Below are positions 43,269 to 54,535 of a stretch of 64,000 nucleotides of DNA, in pieces. The translations under genes were made by a program, and so were the position numbers. The notes below the pieces were generated by a model, which saw nothing but the letters and a program-made list of their open reading frames with translations, did no database searches and had not been told where the DNA came from. Position 1 is the first letter of the stretch; the number at the start of each line of letters is the position of its first letter. The DNA is taken from assembly GCA_963751275.1 (NCBI GenBank), contig CAVVTZ010000007.1, forward strand, positions 576,001 through 640,000. The letters run 5' to 3'. The stretch comes from an uncultured Gemmatimonadaceae bacterium (GTDB lineage: Bacteria; Gemmatimonadota; Gemmatimonadetes; Gemmatimonadales; Gemmatimonadaceae).

Positions 43269-43559
43269 ATGCATTCGATCCTTCCACTGCTGCAGGCGAC
43301 GGGGCAGGTCATGAGTCAGTTCGGCAAGGAGTACGCGAGCGCGTGGTCGATGATGGGCGCGGGTATCGGCGCGGGCGTCAGCATCATCGGCGCTGGCATC
43401 GGCATTGGCCGCATCGGCGGACAGGTCGCGGACGGCATGGCGCGCCAGCCGGAGCGCGCGGGTCAGATCCAGACCGCGGGCTTGATCTTCGCGGCACTCG
43501 TCGAGGGCGCGGCCCTCTTCGCGATCGTCATCTGCTTCCTGATCGTCAACAAGTTCTAG
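43269..43559 (+). CDS. atpE: ATP synthase F0 subunit c
   Basis: GAGIGIG, ARQPE, LVEGAALF. Confidence 0.95.
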   Translation: MHSILPLLQATGQVMSQFGKEYASAWSMMGAGIGAGVSIIGAGIGIGRIGGQVADGMARQPERAGQIQTAGLIFAALVEGAALFAIVICFLIVNKF

Positions 43560-43621
43560 TCGGCTCACGGAGATCGGGCCCGGGCCCGTTCTCCAGCTCT
43601 CACTTCGCCGGGAATCGATCC

Positions 43622-44200
43622 ATGCGCACATCGTTCGGCACGCTGCTCGCCACACTGCTCGTCATCCTGCCGCTGGGCGCGCAGGGTGAGGCGCCGAAGG
43701 CCAATCTGCTGTCGCCCGAGCCGGGGCTGATGGTCTGGACGTTCGTGATCTTCATCCTGCTGTTCGGGATCCTCGCGAAGTTCGCATATCCGAAGATCCT
43801 GGGCGCGGTCGTCGCACGCGAGAAGGCGCTGTCCGACGCCCTCGCCTCCGCGAAGAAGGACCGCGAGGAGGCCGCCGCTCTCCTGGCCGAGCAGCAGAAG
43901 CAGCTCGCCGCCACGCGCGACGAGGCGCAGAAGATCATCGCCGACGGGCGCGCCGCGGGCGAGAAGGTGCGCGCCGGCGTGATCGAGCAGGCGAGCGCCG
44001 AGCAGCGGCAGATGCTCGAGCGCGCGAAGACCGAGATCGGCGCCGAGCGCGACCGCGCGATCGCGGAACTCCGCCGCGAGGCGGTGGAGCTCGCGATCAA
44101 GGGCGCGAGCAAGGTGATCGGCAAGAACCTGGACGACGCGACGAACCGGAAGATCGTGGATGACTTCCTCGGCTCGATCGCGCCGGCGAAGAAGAGCTGA
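43622..44200 (+). CDS. atpF: ATP synthase F0 subunit b
   Basis: PGLMVWT..F..L.KFAYPKI followed by a long coiled coil. Confidence 0.94.
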   Translation: MRTSFGTLLATLLVILPLGAQGEAPKANLLSPEPGLMVWTFVIFILLFGILAKFAYPKILGAVVAREKALSDALASAKKDREEAAALLAEQQKQLAATRDEAQKIIADGRAAGEKVRAGVIEQASAEQRQMLERAKTEIGAERDRAIAELRREAVELAIKGASKVIGKNLDDATNRKIVDDFLGSIAPAKKS

Positions 44201-44749
44201 TGCGCGAACCGACGGTCGCCCGCAATTACGCCGAGGTGTTGGTGAGCCTCGCGCAGGAAGCGAAGGATCTCGATGGCTTCGGCGCGGGGATGGACATGGT
44301 GGCGGACGCGTGCGCCGGCGACGCGCGGCTCAAGCAGTTCATGGAGACGCCGCGCGTGACCGCGAAGGAGAAGGCGACGATCGTCGCCAAGGCGTTCGAC
44401 GGCAAACTGCCGGCAAAGCTCGTGCGCTTCGTGGAGGCGGTGATCCGGAACCGCCGGCAGCATCTGCTCAGCGAGATCGCGATCGAGTATCACGGGATCG
44501 TGGATGCGCTCAGCGGCCGCGCGCACGCGCAGGTGCAGGTGGTGAGCGAGCCGAGCGACGCCGAGCGCGAAGTCGATCGCGAAGGAGCTGTCGCGGATCA
44601 CGGGGCTCACCGTGGTGCCGCACTTCTCGGTGCGGCCGCACATCCTGGGCGGCGTGATCGTGCGCATGGGCGACACCGTGATGGACGGTTCGCTGGCGAA
44701 GCGGCTGGCGTCGCTGCGCACGCGCATGCTGGGGACGGCGGCGCGGTAG
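44200..44749 (+). CDS. atpH: ATP synthase F1 subunit delta (frameshift near 44572)
   Basis: VARNYAEVL; shifted tail ILGGVIVRMGDTVMDGSL. Confidence 0.92.
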
Positions 44750-44830
44750 CTAGGGCGGCGCGGTGTCCGGTATCTTGAAGCGGCGCCCGGCAGTTCGGGC
44801 GCCGCGGTCGTTTTCGCGAGGCGAGTGCCC

Positions 44831-47800
44831 ATGCTGCTGGTGAAGGCTGCGTTCCTCTTGCAGGCCACCGTGATGTCCACGACGCCGCCGTCGGGGGACA
44901 CCGTTGGTTATTGGCAGCAGAGCGCGTCGTACACGATCGTCGCGCGGCTGGACGAGCAGGCGCAGGCGGCGCGCGCGACCGGCGAGCTCGTGTACGTGAA
45001 CCATTCGCCGGACACGCTGCGCGAGATCTTCGTGTATCAGTATCTGAATGCGTTCCGTCCGGGCTCGCGGTGGAGCGCGGTCGACGAGCGCGAGGGACGC
45101 ACGCGATTTCAGAATCTGAAGGAGCCCGACTACGGGTACGAGCGGTTCACGGCGGCGCCGGTGGTGGACGGCACGCCCGTGACGCCGACCTATCCCGTTC
45201 GCGCCCGATTCGACGGTGGCGCGCATCGCGCTGCCGCACGCGCTCGCGCCCGGCGCGACGCTCACGGTGCACTTCGCGTGGGATGCGCGGCCGTCCGCGA
45301 CGGTCTATCGCCGGCAAGGACGCAAAGGCCGCCACTACGACTTCGCGCAGTGGTATCCGAAGGTCGCGGTGTACGACCGGCTCGGCTGGGAGATCAACGC
45401 GTTCGTGCCGGCGGGCGAGTTGTACGGCGAGTTCGGCACATTCGATGTCACGATCATCGCGAAGGACGACCAGGTGCTCGGCGCGACGGGCATTCCCGTG
45501 GAGGGCGACCCGGGCTGGGAGCGCGCGCTCAGGTGGGGCAGCGTGATGATCCGGCGCGACGCGTACGGTGCGCTGCCGCCGGCGCCGGCCGTGCGACTCG
45601 ACAGCGGCGAGCGCGCGGTGCGCTTCTACGCGCGCGACATCCATCACTTCGCGTGGACCGCGTCGCCCGACTATCGCTACGAGGGCGCGATGTACCGCGA
45701 CACGATCCCGGTGCACGTCCTCTACGAGCCGAGCGGCGAGAAGGGTTGGGGCCAGGGCGCAGCGATCGAGAAGGAGAAGCGCGCGCTCGCCTGGCTCGAA
45801 TCGATCTACGGTCCGTACGCCTACCCGCAAGTGCTGGGCACGCAGCGGATCGAGGGCGGTGCGACGGAGTTCCCGATGATGGTGATGTACGGGAGCACCG
45901 CACCGAGCCTCGGGCTCGTGCTGCATGAGACGGGGCACATCTACTCGTACGGGTTCCTGGCGAACAACGAGTGGCGCAGCGGTTGGATGGATGAGGGGCT
46001 CACGACGTATCAGACATCGTGGGCGCTGAACCAGACGCCGCAGGAGCGCGCGTTGGGGCTGGGTCCCAAGGACCCGCCGCCGCCCACTGGATATCGCGCG
46101 CACGCGGTGCGCCCGCCGCGGTGGCAGCAGAACGAGATCGACGAGTTCGCGCTCGTGCTCACGGGGCGCGCGGAGCCGATCGGCACGCCGGGACCCGCGT
46201 TCAACGAGTTCGGGGTCTACCAGGACATGGTGTACTCGCGCGCATCGATGATGTACAGCGCGCTGCGGGCGCAGCTCGGCGACAGCGTGTTCCGTCTCTT
46301 CCTGAAGGACTACTACGCGACGTGGAAGCTGAAACACGTCGATGAGTTCGCGATGCAGAAGAGCGCGGAGCGAATGTCCGGGAAGAAGCTGGCGTGGTTC
46401 TTCAGGCAGTGGGTGCACAGCACGGGTCTCGTGGACTACTCGCTGAGCGATGTGCGCTTGGACTCCGGTGCCACCTGGCGCGAGACGGGTCTCGTGGAGC
46501 AGCGGGGCAGCTACCGTGGTGCGTTGAGGGTGGGATATGAGGGGGACAGCGCCATGCTGTCTGTGAAGTGGGACTCGTCGGGGCGCGTGGCGGAACTCAT
46601 CGGCACCGCCAGTGGCGCGCGCCCGAGCTCGCTTCGCCTCGATCCCACGCACGTGACCGGCGACTGGGATTCGCGGAACGACAACGAGCCCGATCCCACG
46701 AAGGTCGTCTTCGGCTGGCCCTTTCTCGATCAATGGGACCGCTACCGCAACATCGCCGCGATCAGCCCGCAGGTCTGGTACACGGGACCCGGCGGGCTCA
46801 CCGTGGGCGCGCGTGTGCGATCGAACTACCAGAAGCAGGTGGATCTCTGGGATGTGGGACTCGTGATGGCCGTGCGTGGCCCCGATCTCTCTGCGATCAC
46901 GCAGGTGCAGGGTTGGGCCTCGGTGGAGAATCCGCGACTCCCTTGGGCGGATCAGCCGTCGATGGGATTGCGCACGGGCCTCTGGATGGTGGACGGCACC
47001 TTCCGCTTCACGCTGCGGCAGAAATGGGACGAGAGTCCATTCCGCTTCGCGAACGGCCGCCAGGATACGCTCACCTTCGCGTTCAATCTCACGTCGCCGT
47101 ACGACCGCGCGTGGCAGGACACGCTGCGCTGGAGCAACGCCACGGTAGCGGACCTGAGCGCCGAGTGGAAGTGGCGGTCGCGGAAACCGGCGCTCTGGTT
47201 CGCGCGCGCGTACATGGACGGCGGCATCGCATTCGCGCGCGCCGGCACGCCGGGCGAAGGCGCCTTCGGCCGCGCCGAGATCGAGGGGGGCGGCACGATC
47301 CCGCTCAATGCATCGGGGCGCTTCGCGCTCATGGTGCGTGGCTTCGGCGGCATCTCGAATGCCACGCCGCCCGAACGGTCGATCGGGCTCTCCTCGCTCG
47401 ACCCGACGGCGACGTTCGACAACAACTTCCTGCGCGGGCAGGACGCCATTCTCGTGCTGCCCGACGTCCCCTACGTGCCGCTCGGCGGCGCGGGGATGCG
47501 CGGGTTCTCGCTCTACAATTTCATGGTGAACGTCATCTCGCTGAACACGCAGGTCGCGTACGCGATCACGCTGCCCAAGCCGGGATCGCTCGTGCCCGGA
47601 CTGCAAGCGGCGCTCTTCGGCGACATCGCGAACGGCGCGCCGCTCGGCCAGACCACCACGTTGAAGTATGGGTATCTTGATGGCGGCGCGAGCGCCATCC
47701 TTCGCGGCGCGCTGTACGACCGCAGCTACGTGCTGCGGCTCGATGTACCGGTGTTCATGAACCGCCCGCAAGACGCTCCCGGCCGCGAGGCCGGCAGCGA

Positions 47801-47846
47801 ACAAGTGAAATTCCGTTGGACCTTCACCGTGGGAGATCTCTGGTGA
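44831..47846 (+). CDS. Secreted M1-family metallopeptidase with C-terminal beta-barrel-like domain (frameshift near 45195)
   Basis: YWQQ..Y, QWYPK.AVYD, GATEFP, HETGH..WMDEG; aromatic beta-rich C-terminus. Confidence 0.85.
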
Positions 47847-48200
47847 GCGGACCCGCCGATGTGAAACGCGTCTCGAAGCCGTGGGGCTACGAGATCATCT
47901 GGGCGCACACCGACCGCTACGTGGGGAAGATCCTCCACATCAACGCCGGCCACGCGCTCTCGGTACAGTATCACGAGCGCAAGGATGAAACCGTCTACCT
48001 GCTGCGCGGCGAGCTCAGCTACCGCGTGAAGGTCGGCGAGGAGATGACCGACGTGCGCCTGAAGGCACGGCGACGCGTACCGGATCACGCCGAACACGAT
48101 CCACTACATGGAAGCGATCACCGACTGCGACGTGCTCGAGGCGAGCACCCGCGATCTCGACGACGTCGGTGCGGGAGCCTGCACCGACCGCTACGGGACG
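47843..48200 (+). CDS. Cupin protein, mannose-6-phosphate isomerase C-terminal-like (frameshifted)
   Basis: KPWGYE, LSVQYHERKDET; end approximate. Confidence 0.75.
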
Positions 48201-48223
48201 CGCGAGGGGACGAGCGCGGCTGC

Positions 48224-49214
48224 GTGAAGGTGATCATCCCGCTCGCGGGCAAGGGCACGCGCCTCCGCCCGCACACGCACACCACGCCCAAGCCGATGCT
48301 GCGCGTCGCCGGCAAGCCGGTGATGGAATACATCCTCGACGATCTCGAGAGCTCGGCGGCGTCGAAGCAGATCGTCTACATCACCGGGCACTTGAAGGAG
48401 ACGGTGGAGAAGTACGTGCGCGAGGCGCGCGCTTCCCCGGCGTCGTTCGTGGAGCAGGTGGTGCAGAACGGCACGGCGAGCGCGGTCGAGCTGGCGCGAT
48501 CGCGTTCGTGGACCAGCCGGTGCTGATCATCTTCGTGGACACGATCTTCGACGCGGACCTGTCGATCATCAACCGCACCGATGCCGACGGGATCATCTGG
48601 ACCAAGGAGGTCGAGGATTACCAGCGCTTCGGCGTGGTGGTGACCGACGCGCGCGGCAACATGACGCAGATCATCGAGAAGCCGAGCACGCCGGTGTCGA
48701 AGCGCGCGAACATCGGGCTGTACTACATCCGGAATTGGAAGCTGCTCTATCGAGGGGATCGCCGAGATCATGCGGCGGCCCGCCGAACAAGGGCGAGTAC
48801 TATCTGACCGATGCGTTCCAGTACATGATCGACCACGGCGCGAAGCTGAAGGTGGTGGACGTGGGCGGATGGTATGACGCCGGGAAGCTCGATACGCTGC
48901 TCGACACGAACCGCGTGATGCTGGAGAAGGGGCGCGCGCGGCGGCCCGCGTCGGTGCCCGCGGGATCGAAGGTCATCGACCCGGTCTATCTCGAGGATGG
49001 CGTGGTGCTGCGCAACGCGACGGTGGGGCCCAATGTATCGGTGAGCGCGGGCTCGGTGCTCGAGAAGTCCACCGTGCGCGACTCGATCATCGGCGCGGGC
49101 GCGAAGATCGTGGATTGCGCGCTCCACGATTCGATGGTGGGCGATGGGGCGGTGCTCGTTAATGTTCGCGGAGCGGTGAGCGTGGGCGACCACGGCGAGG
49201 TTCACGGGGAGTAG
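48224..49214 (+). CDS. Sugar-phosphate nucleotidyltransferase (frameshifted)
   Basis: LAGKGTRLRPHT..PKPML, IIEKP, GEYYLTDA, WYDAG; C-terminal beta-helix. Confidence 0.9.
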
Positions 49215-49247
49215 CGGCCGGTGTGAACCGGCATACATTCACACCCA

Positions 49248-50498
49248 ATGCAGGAACGCGATCTCATTCACGACTGGAACGCCGCGCCTGGCGGCTTCGA
49301 TTGGAGCGCCTGCCGCGTCGAGCTGAACGACGAGACACTGCGCGATGGCTTGCAGTGCCCATCGGTCACGGATCCCGACATCGAGAGCAAGAAGCAGCTG
49401 TTGCACCTGATGGTCGCGCTCGGCATCGCCAGCGCGGACATCGGCTTGCCCGGCGCCGGCCCGCGCGCCGCCGCCGATACGCTCGAACTCGCGCAGGAGA
49501 TCGTCCGCGCGAATCTGCCCCTCTCACCGAACTGCGCCGCGCGCACGATGAAGGCGGACGTCGAGCCCGTCGCGCGGATCTCGCAGGCCGCCGGCATCGC
49601 CATCGAGTGCGCCACCTTCATCGGCTCGTCGCCCATCCGCCAGTACGCCGAGGACTGGACGCTCGACGACCTGCTGCGCACGAGCGAGGCCGCGGTGCTG
49701 CTCGCGGTGAAGGAAGGGCTGCCGGTGATGTTCGTCACGGAGGACACGACCCGCGCCGACCCCGAGACGCTGCGCGCCCTCTACGGGAACGCGATCCGCT
49801 GGGGCGCGCGCCGGCTCTGCCTCGCCGACACCGTCGGCCATGCGACGCCCGACGGCGTGCGCGCGCTCGTGCGGTTCGTGAAGAACGAGATCATCGAGCC
49901 GAGCGGCGAGCAGGTGAAGCTCGACTGGCACGGACACCGCGACCGCGGATTCGGGCTGGCCAATTGCTTCGCCGCGATCGAGGCGGGAGCGGACCGCGTG
50001 CACGGCACGGCGCTCGGCGTCGGCGAGCGGGTGGGCAACGCCGAGATGGACCTGCTGCTGATCAATCTGAATCTGCTGGGCGCGCACCGGCACGACCTGA
50101 GCCGGCTGCCGGAGTACGCGCGCCTCGCATCGGAGGCGCTCGGGATCCCGATCCCGCCCGGCTACCCCGTGCTCGGCGAGGATGCGTTCCGTACGGGGAC
50201 GGGCGTGCACGCGGCGGCGATCATCAAGGCGCGCAAGAAGGGACACGCGTGGCTCGCGGACCGGATCTACTCTGGCGTGCCCGCGGGCGATTTCGGATTG
50301 TCGCAGCGCATCGAGGTGTCGCACGTGTCGGGGCTGTCGAACGTGAAGTGGTGGCTGGAGACGCACGGCCACGATGCCGGCGACGCGGCGCTGTGCCAGC
50401 GGCTCTTGGACGCGGCGAAGCAAACGCACCGCACGCTGCGCGACGACGAGCTCGAAGCGCTCGTGGCGGCGCACGCGCGGCAGCCGGCGGCCACATGA
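49248..50498 (+). CDS. LeuA/homocitrate-synthase-family (DRE-TIM) enzyme lacking the regulatory domain
   Basis: DETLRDGLQ, LADTVG, WHGHRDRG, GVGERVGN. Confidence 0.85.
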   Translation: MQERDLIHDWNAAPGGFDWSACRVELNDETLRDGLQCPSVTDPDIESKKQLLHLMVALGIASADIGLPGAGPRAAADTLELAQEIVRANLPLSPNCAARTMKADVEPVARISQAAGIAIECATFIGSSPIRQYAEDWTLDDLLRTSEAAVLLAVKEGLPVMFVTEDTTRADPETLRALYGNAIRWGARRLCLADTVGHATPDGVRALVRFVKNEIIEPSGEQVKLDWHGHRDRGFGLANCFAAIEAGADRVHGTALGVGERVGNAEMDLLLINLNLLGAHRHDLSRLPEYARLASEALGIPIPPGYPVLGEDAFRTGTGVHAAAIIKARKKGHAWLADRIYSGVPAGDFGLSQRIEVSHVSGLSNVKWWLETHGHDAGDAALCQRLLDAAKQTHRTLRDDELEALVAAHARQPAAT

Positions 50499-52078
50499 AC
50501 GAGGCGCTCGACAAGATCCTCAACGGCTATCTCGACCTCCGCTGGGCGATGAACCCGGTGGAGGCGACGTATCATGGCCGTCACGAGCGCGACGGAGAGT
50601 ACGCGCGCTGGGACACCGCCTCGGTGCTGCAGCACATCGCGGCGCTCAAGGCGTACGAGCACGCGCTGGAGGAGGTCGATCCCGGCAGTCTGGACGATGA
50701 GATCGACCGCACGGCATCGCTGCAGGCCGTGCGGCACGAGATCCTGGTGCTCGATCTCGAGCGGCCGTTCGAGCGGAATCCGGGTTACCACCTGTCGCAC
50801 GCGCTGAACGGATTGTATCTGCTGCTCGCGCGTTCGGCGTCGGATCCGGCGCAGCGCGGGCGTGCGCTGGTGGCGCGGCTGGAGGCGCTGCCGGCCTTCC
50901 TCGAGCGCGCCGCGAAGACGGTGAAGCGACCCGACGCGAGTTTCGTGGAGATGGCGCGCGCAATGCTGCCCGGCGGCGCGGTGCTCGTGCGGCAGGCGAC
51001 CGACGCGGCGGCGCTCGCGGTGGCGTTCGATGCCGAGGTGGTGCGGCAGACGGCACTCGACGCGCTCGTGAAATTCGGCGACGCGATGGTGGTCATGCAG
51101 GAGAAGGCCGGCTCGACGTACGCGATCGGCCGCGAGCTGTTCGACCGCAAGCTCCAGACCTGGCATTTGCTCAGCGAGAACGCGGACCAGCTCTACCGCT
51201 TCGGCGAGCGGCTGCGCGCGGAGGCGATGGCGGAGCTCGAGCGGCGGGCGCAAGAGCTGCGCCCGGGCTCCACGTGGCGCGACGTGGTGCTCGAGCTGCG
51301 CAAGGACCGTCCGGCGCGCGACCAGGCGCTGGCGGAGTACGCGGCCGCGATGAGCAGCGCGCGCGATTTCGCGGCGAAGCGCGCGCTGGTGAAGGTGCCC
51401 GGCGCGGAGCTGGCGGTGATCGAGACGCCGGAGTTCCTGCGCGCGCTCGTGCCGTACGCCGCGTACCAGGGACCGGGCGCGTTCGATTCCGACCAGCGCG
51501 GATTGTTCTTCGTCACGCTGCCGCCGAAGGGGGAGCCGTGGCGCTCGGATTGCCGCGCGGAGCTGCCGAACACCGCGGTGCACGAGGGCTATCCGGGGCA
51601 TCACCTGCAGATCGTCACGGGGAATTCGCTGCCGCGGAACGTGCGGCGGATCCTCTCGACGCCGGCGACGCGCGAGGGCTGGGCGCTGTACTGCGAGACG
51701 CTGATGGCGGATGAAGGATTCCTCGAGCCGCCGCAGCGCTTCTTCCAGGCGCATCATCTGCTCTGGCGCGCGCTGCGCATCATCATCGACGTGTCGCTGC
51801 ACACGCGCGGCATGACGTGGCAGGAGGCGTCGAAGATGCTGCAAGATGAGCTGGGCTTCGATGTCCGCCTGGCCGACGCGGAGGCGCGGCGCTACTGCGC
51901 GTATCCCACGTACCAGCTCTGCTACGCGGTGGGCCGTCGCGAGATCCTGCAGCTGCGCGACGACGCGCGTAAATCTCGCGGCGCGAAGTTCTCGCTCAGC
52001 GGCTTCCACAACGAATTGCTCGCCTACGGATCGTATCCCACGGCGCTCGCGCGCTGGGGGATGGGACTCTCGCAATGA
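50495..52078 (+). CDS. DUF885-family metallopeptidase-like protein
   Basis: HEGYPGHHLQ, EGWALYCE, EARRY..PTYQLCY. Confidence 0.88.
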   Translation: MNEALDKILNGYLDLRWAMNPVEATYHGRHERDGEYARWDTASVLQHIAALKAYEHALEEVDPGSLDDEIDRTASLQAVRHEILVLDLERPFERNPGYHLSHALNGLYLLLARSASDPAQRGRALVARLEALPAFLERAAKTVKRPDASFVEMARAMLPGGAVLVRQATDAAALAVAFDAEVVRQTALDALVKFGDAMVVMQEKAGSTYAIGRELFDRKLQTWHLLSENADQLYRFGERLRAEAMAELERRAQELRPGSTWRDVVLELRKDRPARDQALAEYAAAMSSARDFAAKRALVKVPGAELAVIETPEFLRALVPYAAYQGPGAFDSDQRGLFFVTLPPKGEPWRSDCRAELPNTAVHEGYPGHHLQIVTGNSLPRNVRRILSTPATREGWALYCETLMADEGFLEPPQRFFQAHHLLWRALRIIIDVSLHTRGMTWQEASKMLQDELGFDVRLADAEARRYCAYPTYQLCYAVGRREILQLRDDARKSRGAKFSLSGFHNELLAYGSYPTALARWGMGLSQ

Positions 52079-53151
52079 TCAGGCGCGCGCGCGCGGCCAC
52101 GCTCGCGATGCTGGTCTTCGCCGCCTGCTCGCCGAACGGCGATGCGAGCGGGGACAGCACGGCGGTGGCGAAGCCGCACGTCGCGCGGTCGCTGCTGGGC
52201 GGAGGACCCTATCTCTACGTGAGCGATGAGGACGGGAACTCCGTCGCGGTGATCGATGTGAAAGCGGAGTCGGTGGTCGCCTCAATGGCGCCTGGCCGCC
52301 GGCCGCGCGGCGTGCGCGTGAGTCCCGATGGCAGCACGCTGATCGTCGCCGTGAGCGGCTCGCCCAAGGGCGGCCCGGGCGTGGACGAGAGCAAACTGCC
52401 CCCGGCCGACCACCGGCGCGACGGGATCGCGCTCATGGACCTCACGCGGCGCGTGCTGCGCAAGACGCTGCAAGGCGGCATCGATCCCGAGAATTTCGAC
52501 GTGAGTCAGGACGGCAAGACGATCTATGTCGCGAACGAGGACGCGAGCGCCGTCACGGTGCTGGACGTCGTGAGCAGCAAGCCGGTGGCGACGATCCCCG
52601 TGGGGCGCGAGCCCGAGGGGGTCACGATCAGCCCCGACAGCGATGAGGTCTACGTCACGAACGAGGCGGACGGCACGATCAGCGTCATCGCGACGGACTC
52701 GCGCGTGGTGATCGCCACGATCGGGGTCGGGAAGCGCCCGCGCTCGGTCACGTTCTCGCTCGACGGCTCCAAGGCGTACGTCGCGAACGAAGAGGGGAGC
52801 AGCGTGAGCGTCATCGATACCGACGACCGCCGCGTGAAGAAGACGATCATGCTCATCGGCCCGAACGTGCGCCCCATGGGCACGGCGCTCTCGCCCGATG
52901 GCACGAAGCTCTACGTCACCACGGGCCGCGGCGGCACGCTGGTCGTGATCGACACCAAGACCGACAGCGCCATCGGATCGGTGGCCGCCGGCAGGCGGCC
53001 ATGGGGCGTGGCCGTCTCCGGGGACGGAACGCGCATCTACACGGCGAACGGACCGTCCAACGATGTGTCAGTGATCGATGCCGCAACGCTCACGGTGGTG
53101 CGCCGCATTCCCGCCGGGAGCATGCCGTGGGGCGTCGCCCTCTCGAAGTAG
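52075..53151 (+). CDS. YVTN beta-propeller lipoprotein
   Basis: FAAC lipobox; repeated YVANE/YVTNE..SVID..IPVG..P.G. Confidence 0.9.
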   Translation: MIRRARAATLAMLVFAACSPNGDASGDSTAVAKPHVARSLLGGGPYLYVSDEDGNSVAVIDVKAESVVASMAPGRRPRGVRVSPDGSTLIVAVSGSPKGGPGVDESKLPPADHRRDGIALMDLTRRVLRKTLQGGIDPENFDVSQDGKTIYVANEDASAVTVLDVVSSKPVATIPVGREPEGVTISPDSDEVYVTNEADGTISVIATDSRVVIATIGVGKRPRSVTFSLDGSKAYVANEEGSSVSVIDTDDRRVKKTIMLIGPNVRPMGTALSPDGTKLYVTTGRGGTLVVIDTKTDSAIGSVAAGRRPWGVAVSGDGTRIYTANGPSNDVSVIDAATLTVVRRIPAGSMPWGVALSK

Positions 53152-54341
53152 AGGCGCCGACCGCGAAGCTCGGTCGCAACATCTTCGCCATCTCGGCCGT
53201 GAGTTTCCTCACCGACGTGTCGGGCGAGATGATCTATCCGCTCGTGCCACTGTTCCTCACCACCGTGCTGGGCGCGAGCGCGGGCGCGGTGGGGGTGATC
53301 GAAGGGATCGCCGAATCCACCGCGGCGCTGCTCAAGCTCGCGAGCGGCTGGATCTCGGACCACGTCGCGAGGCGGAAACCGCTGGTCGTGTTCGGCTACG
53401 GGCTCGCGGGGTTCGTGCGCCCGCTCATCGGGCTCGCGCAGAGCGTGCCGCAAGTGGCCGCGATCCGGATCACCGACCGGATCGGGAAGGGGATCCGCAC
53501 GTCGCCGCGCGACGCGCTGATCGCGGATTCCGTGGACCCGTCGATCCACGGGCGCGCGTTCGGATTCCACAGCGCGAGCGACAATGCCGGTGCGGTGCTC
53601 GGCCCGCTCATCGGGTTCGCCGCGCTGCATTGGGCGGGCGTGCCGCTGCGCACCGTCTTCTTCCTCGCGGCGATCCCGGCGGTGCTCGCGTTCGTGGTGG
53701 TGGTGGGCGTGGTGCGCGAAGCGCCGCGTGCGAGCGCGAAGGTCGAGCCGCACGAGCGCGGTTCGGGAAAGCTAGGCGGCCGCTTCTGGGCCTATCTCGC
53801 CGTCGTGCTGCTGTTCACGCTGGGGAATTCGACGGATGCGTTCCTGCTGCTGCGTGCGGCGCAGCTCGGTGTGCCCGTCGCGCTGGCGCCGCTGCTCTGG
53901 GCGCTCTTGAACTTCGTGAAGAGCGCGTCGGGCGTGCCCAGCGGCGCGCTCTCCGATCGCATCGGGCGGAAGCCGCTGATCGTGGCGGGCTGGGCGATGT
54001 ACGCCGCTGTGTACCTGCTGTTCGGCCGCGCGACGAGCGCGTGGGAGGCGTGGGCGCTCTTCGCGCTCTATGGCATTTACTTCGGGCTCACCGAGGGCGT
54101 GGAGAAGGCGCTCGTCGCCGATCTCGTGCCGGCCGCGCGGCGCGGCGTGGCGTTCGGCTGGTACAATCTGGCGCTCGGGCTCGGCGCGCTCCCGGCGTCG
54201 ATCATCTTCGGCGTCATCTGGGACCGCGCCGGTTCGCCCGCGGCGTTCGCGTTCGGCGCCGCGATGGCCGGCGCCGCGACGATCGCGATCCTGTTCGTCG
54301 CGCCATCAACTCAACAGCAGCGTCCTCCCACCGTCTCGTAG
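53127..54341 (+). CDS. MFS transporter
   Basis: SFLTDVSGEMIYP, GWISD..RRK, DRIGKGIRT.PRDALI, GALSDRIGRK; start uncertain. Confidence 0.9.
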   Translation: MGRRPLEVEAPTAKLGRNIFAISAVSFLTDVSGEMIYPLVPLFLTTVLGASAGAVGVIEGIAESTAALLKLASGWISDHVARRKPLVVFGYGLAGFVRPLIGLAQSVPQVAAIRITDRIGKGIRTSPRDALIADSVDPSIHGRAFGFHSASDNAGAVLGPLIGFAALHWAGVPLRTVFFLAAIPAVLAFVVVVGVVREAPRASAKVEPHERGSGKLGGRFWAYLAVVLLFTLGNSTDAFLLLRAAQLGVPVALAPLLWALLNFVKSASGVPSGALSDRIGRKPLIVAGWAMYAAVYLLFGRATSAWEAWALFALYGIYFGLTEGVEKALVADLVPAARRGVAFGWYNLALGLGALPASIIFGVIWDRAGSPAAFAFGAAMAGAATIAILFVAPSTQQQRPPTVS

Positions 54342-54535
54342 CGCGCACGCTGCCGCTCGCGAACGAACTGTTCCTTGGTGAGCATCGGCTCGCCCGGATG
54401 TCTCCGGAGCCGATGCTCCACGTAGGTCTCGTAGTCGGGAACCCCGATCACGCGCCGGACCACCCGGCTGACGCGACGGAAACCGTCGCGCCAACTGAGT
54501 GAGGCCCGCCTGGCGCCTCGGCCTGCTGTCTTCAT
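54311..54535 (-). CDS. YbdD/YjiX (DUF466) CstA-associated protein
   Basis: IGVPDYETYVEH...HPGEP..T..QF...RCC*. Confidence 0.88.
   Translation of the reverse strand: MKTAGRGARRASLSWRDGFRRVSRVVRRVIGVPDYETYVEHRLRRHPGEPMLTKEQFVRERQRARYETVGGRCC

Noticed and set aside
54311..54330. Selenocysteine read-through in the DUF466 protein
   Set aside because: It already ends RCC (TGC TGT) before the TGA, i.e. the Cys form, and no SECIS was recognised.
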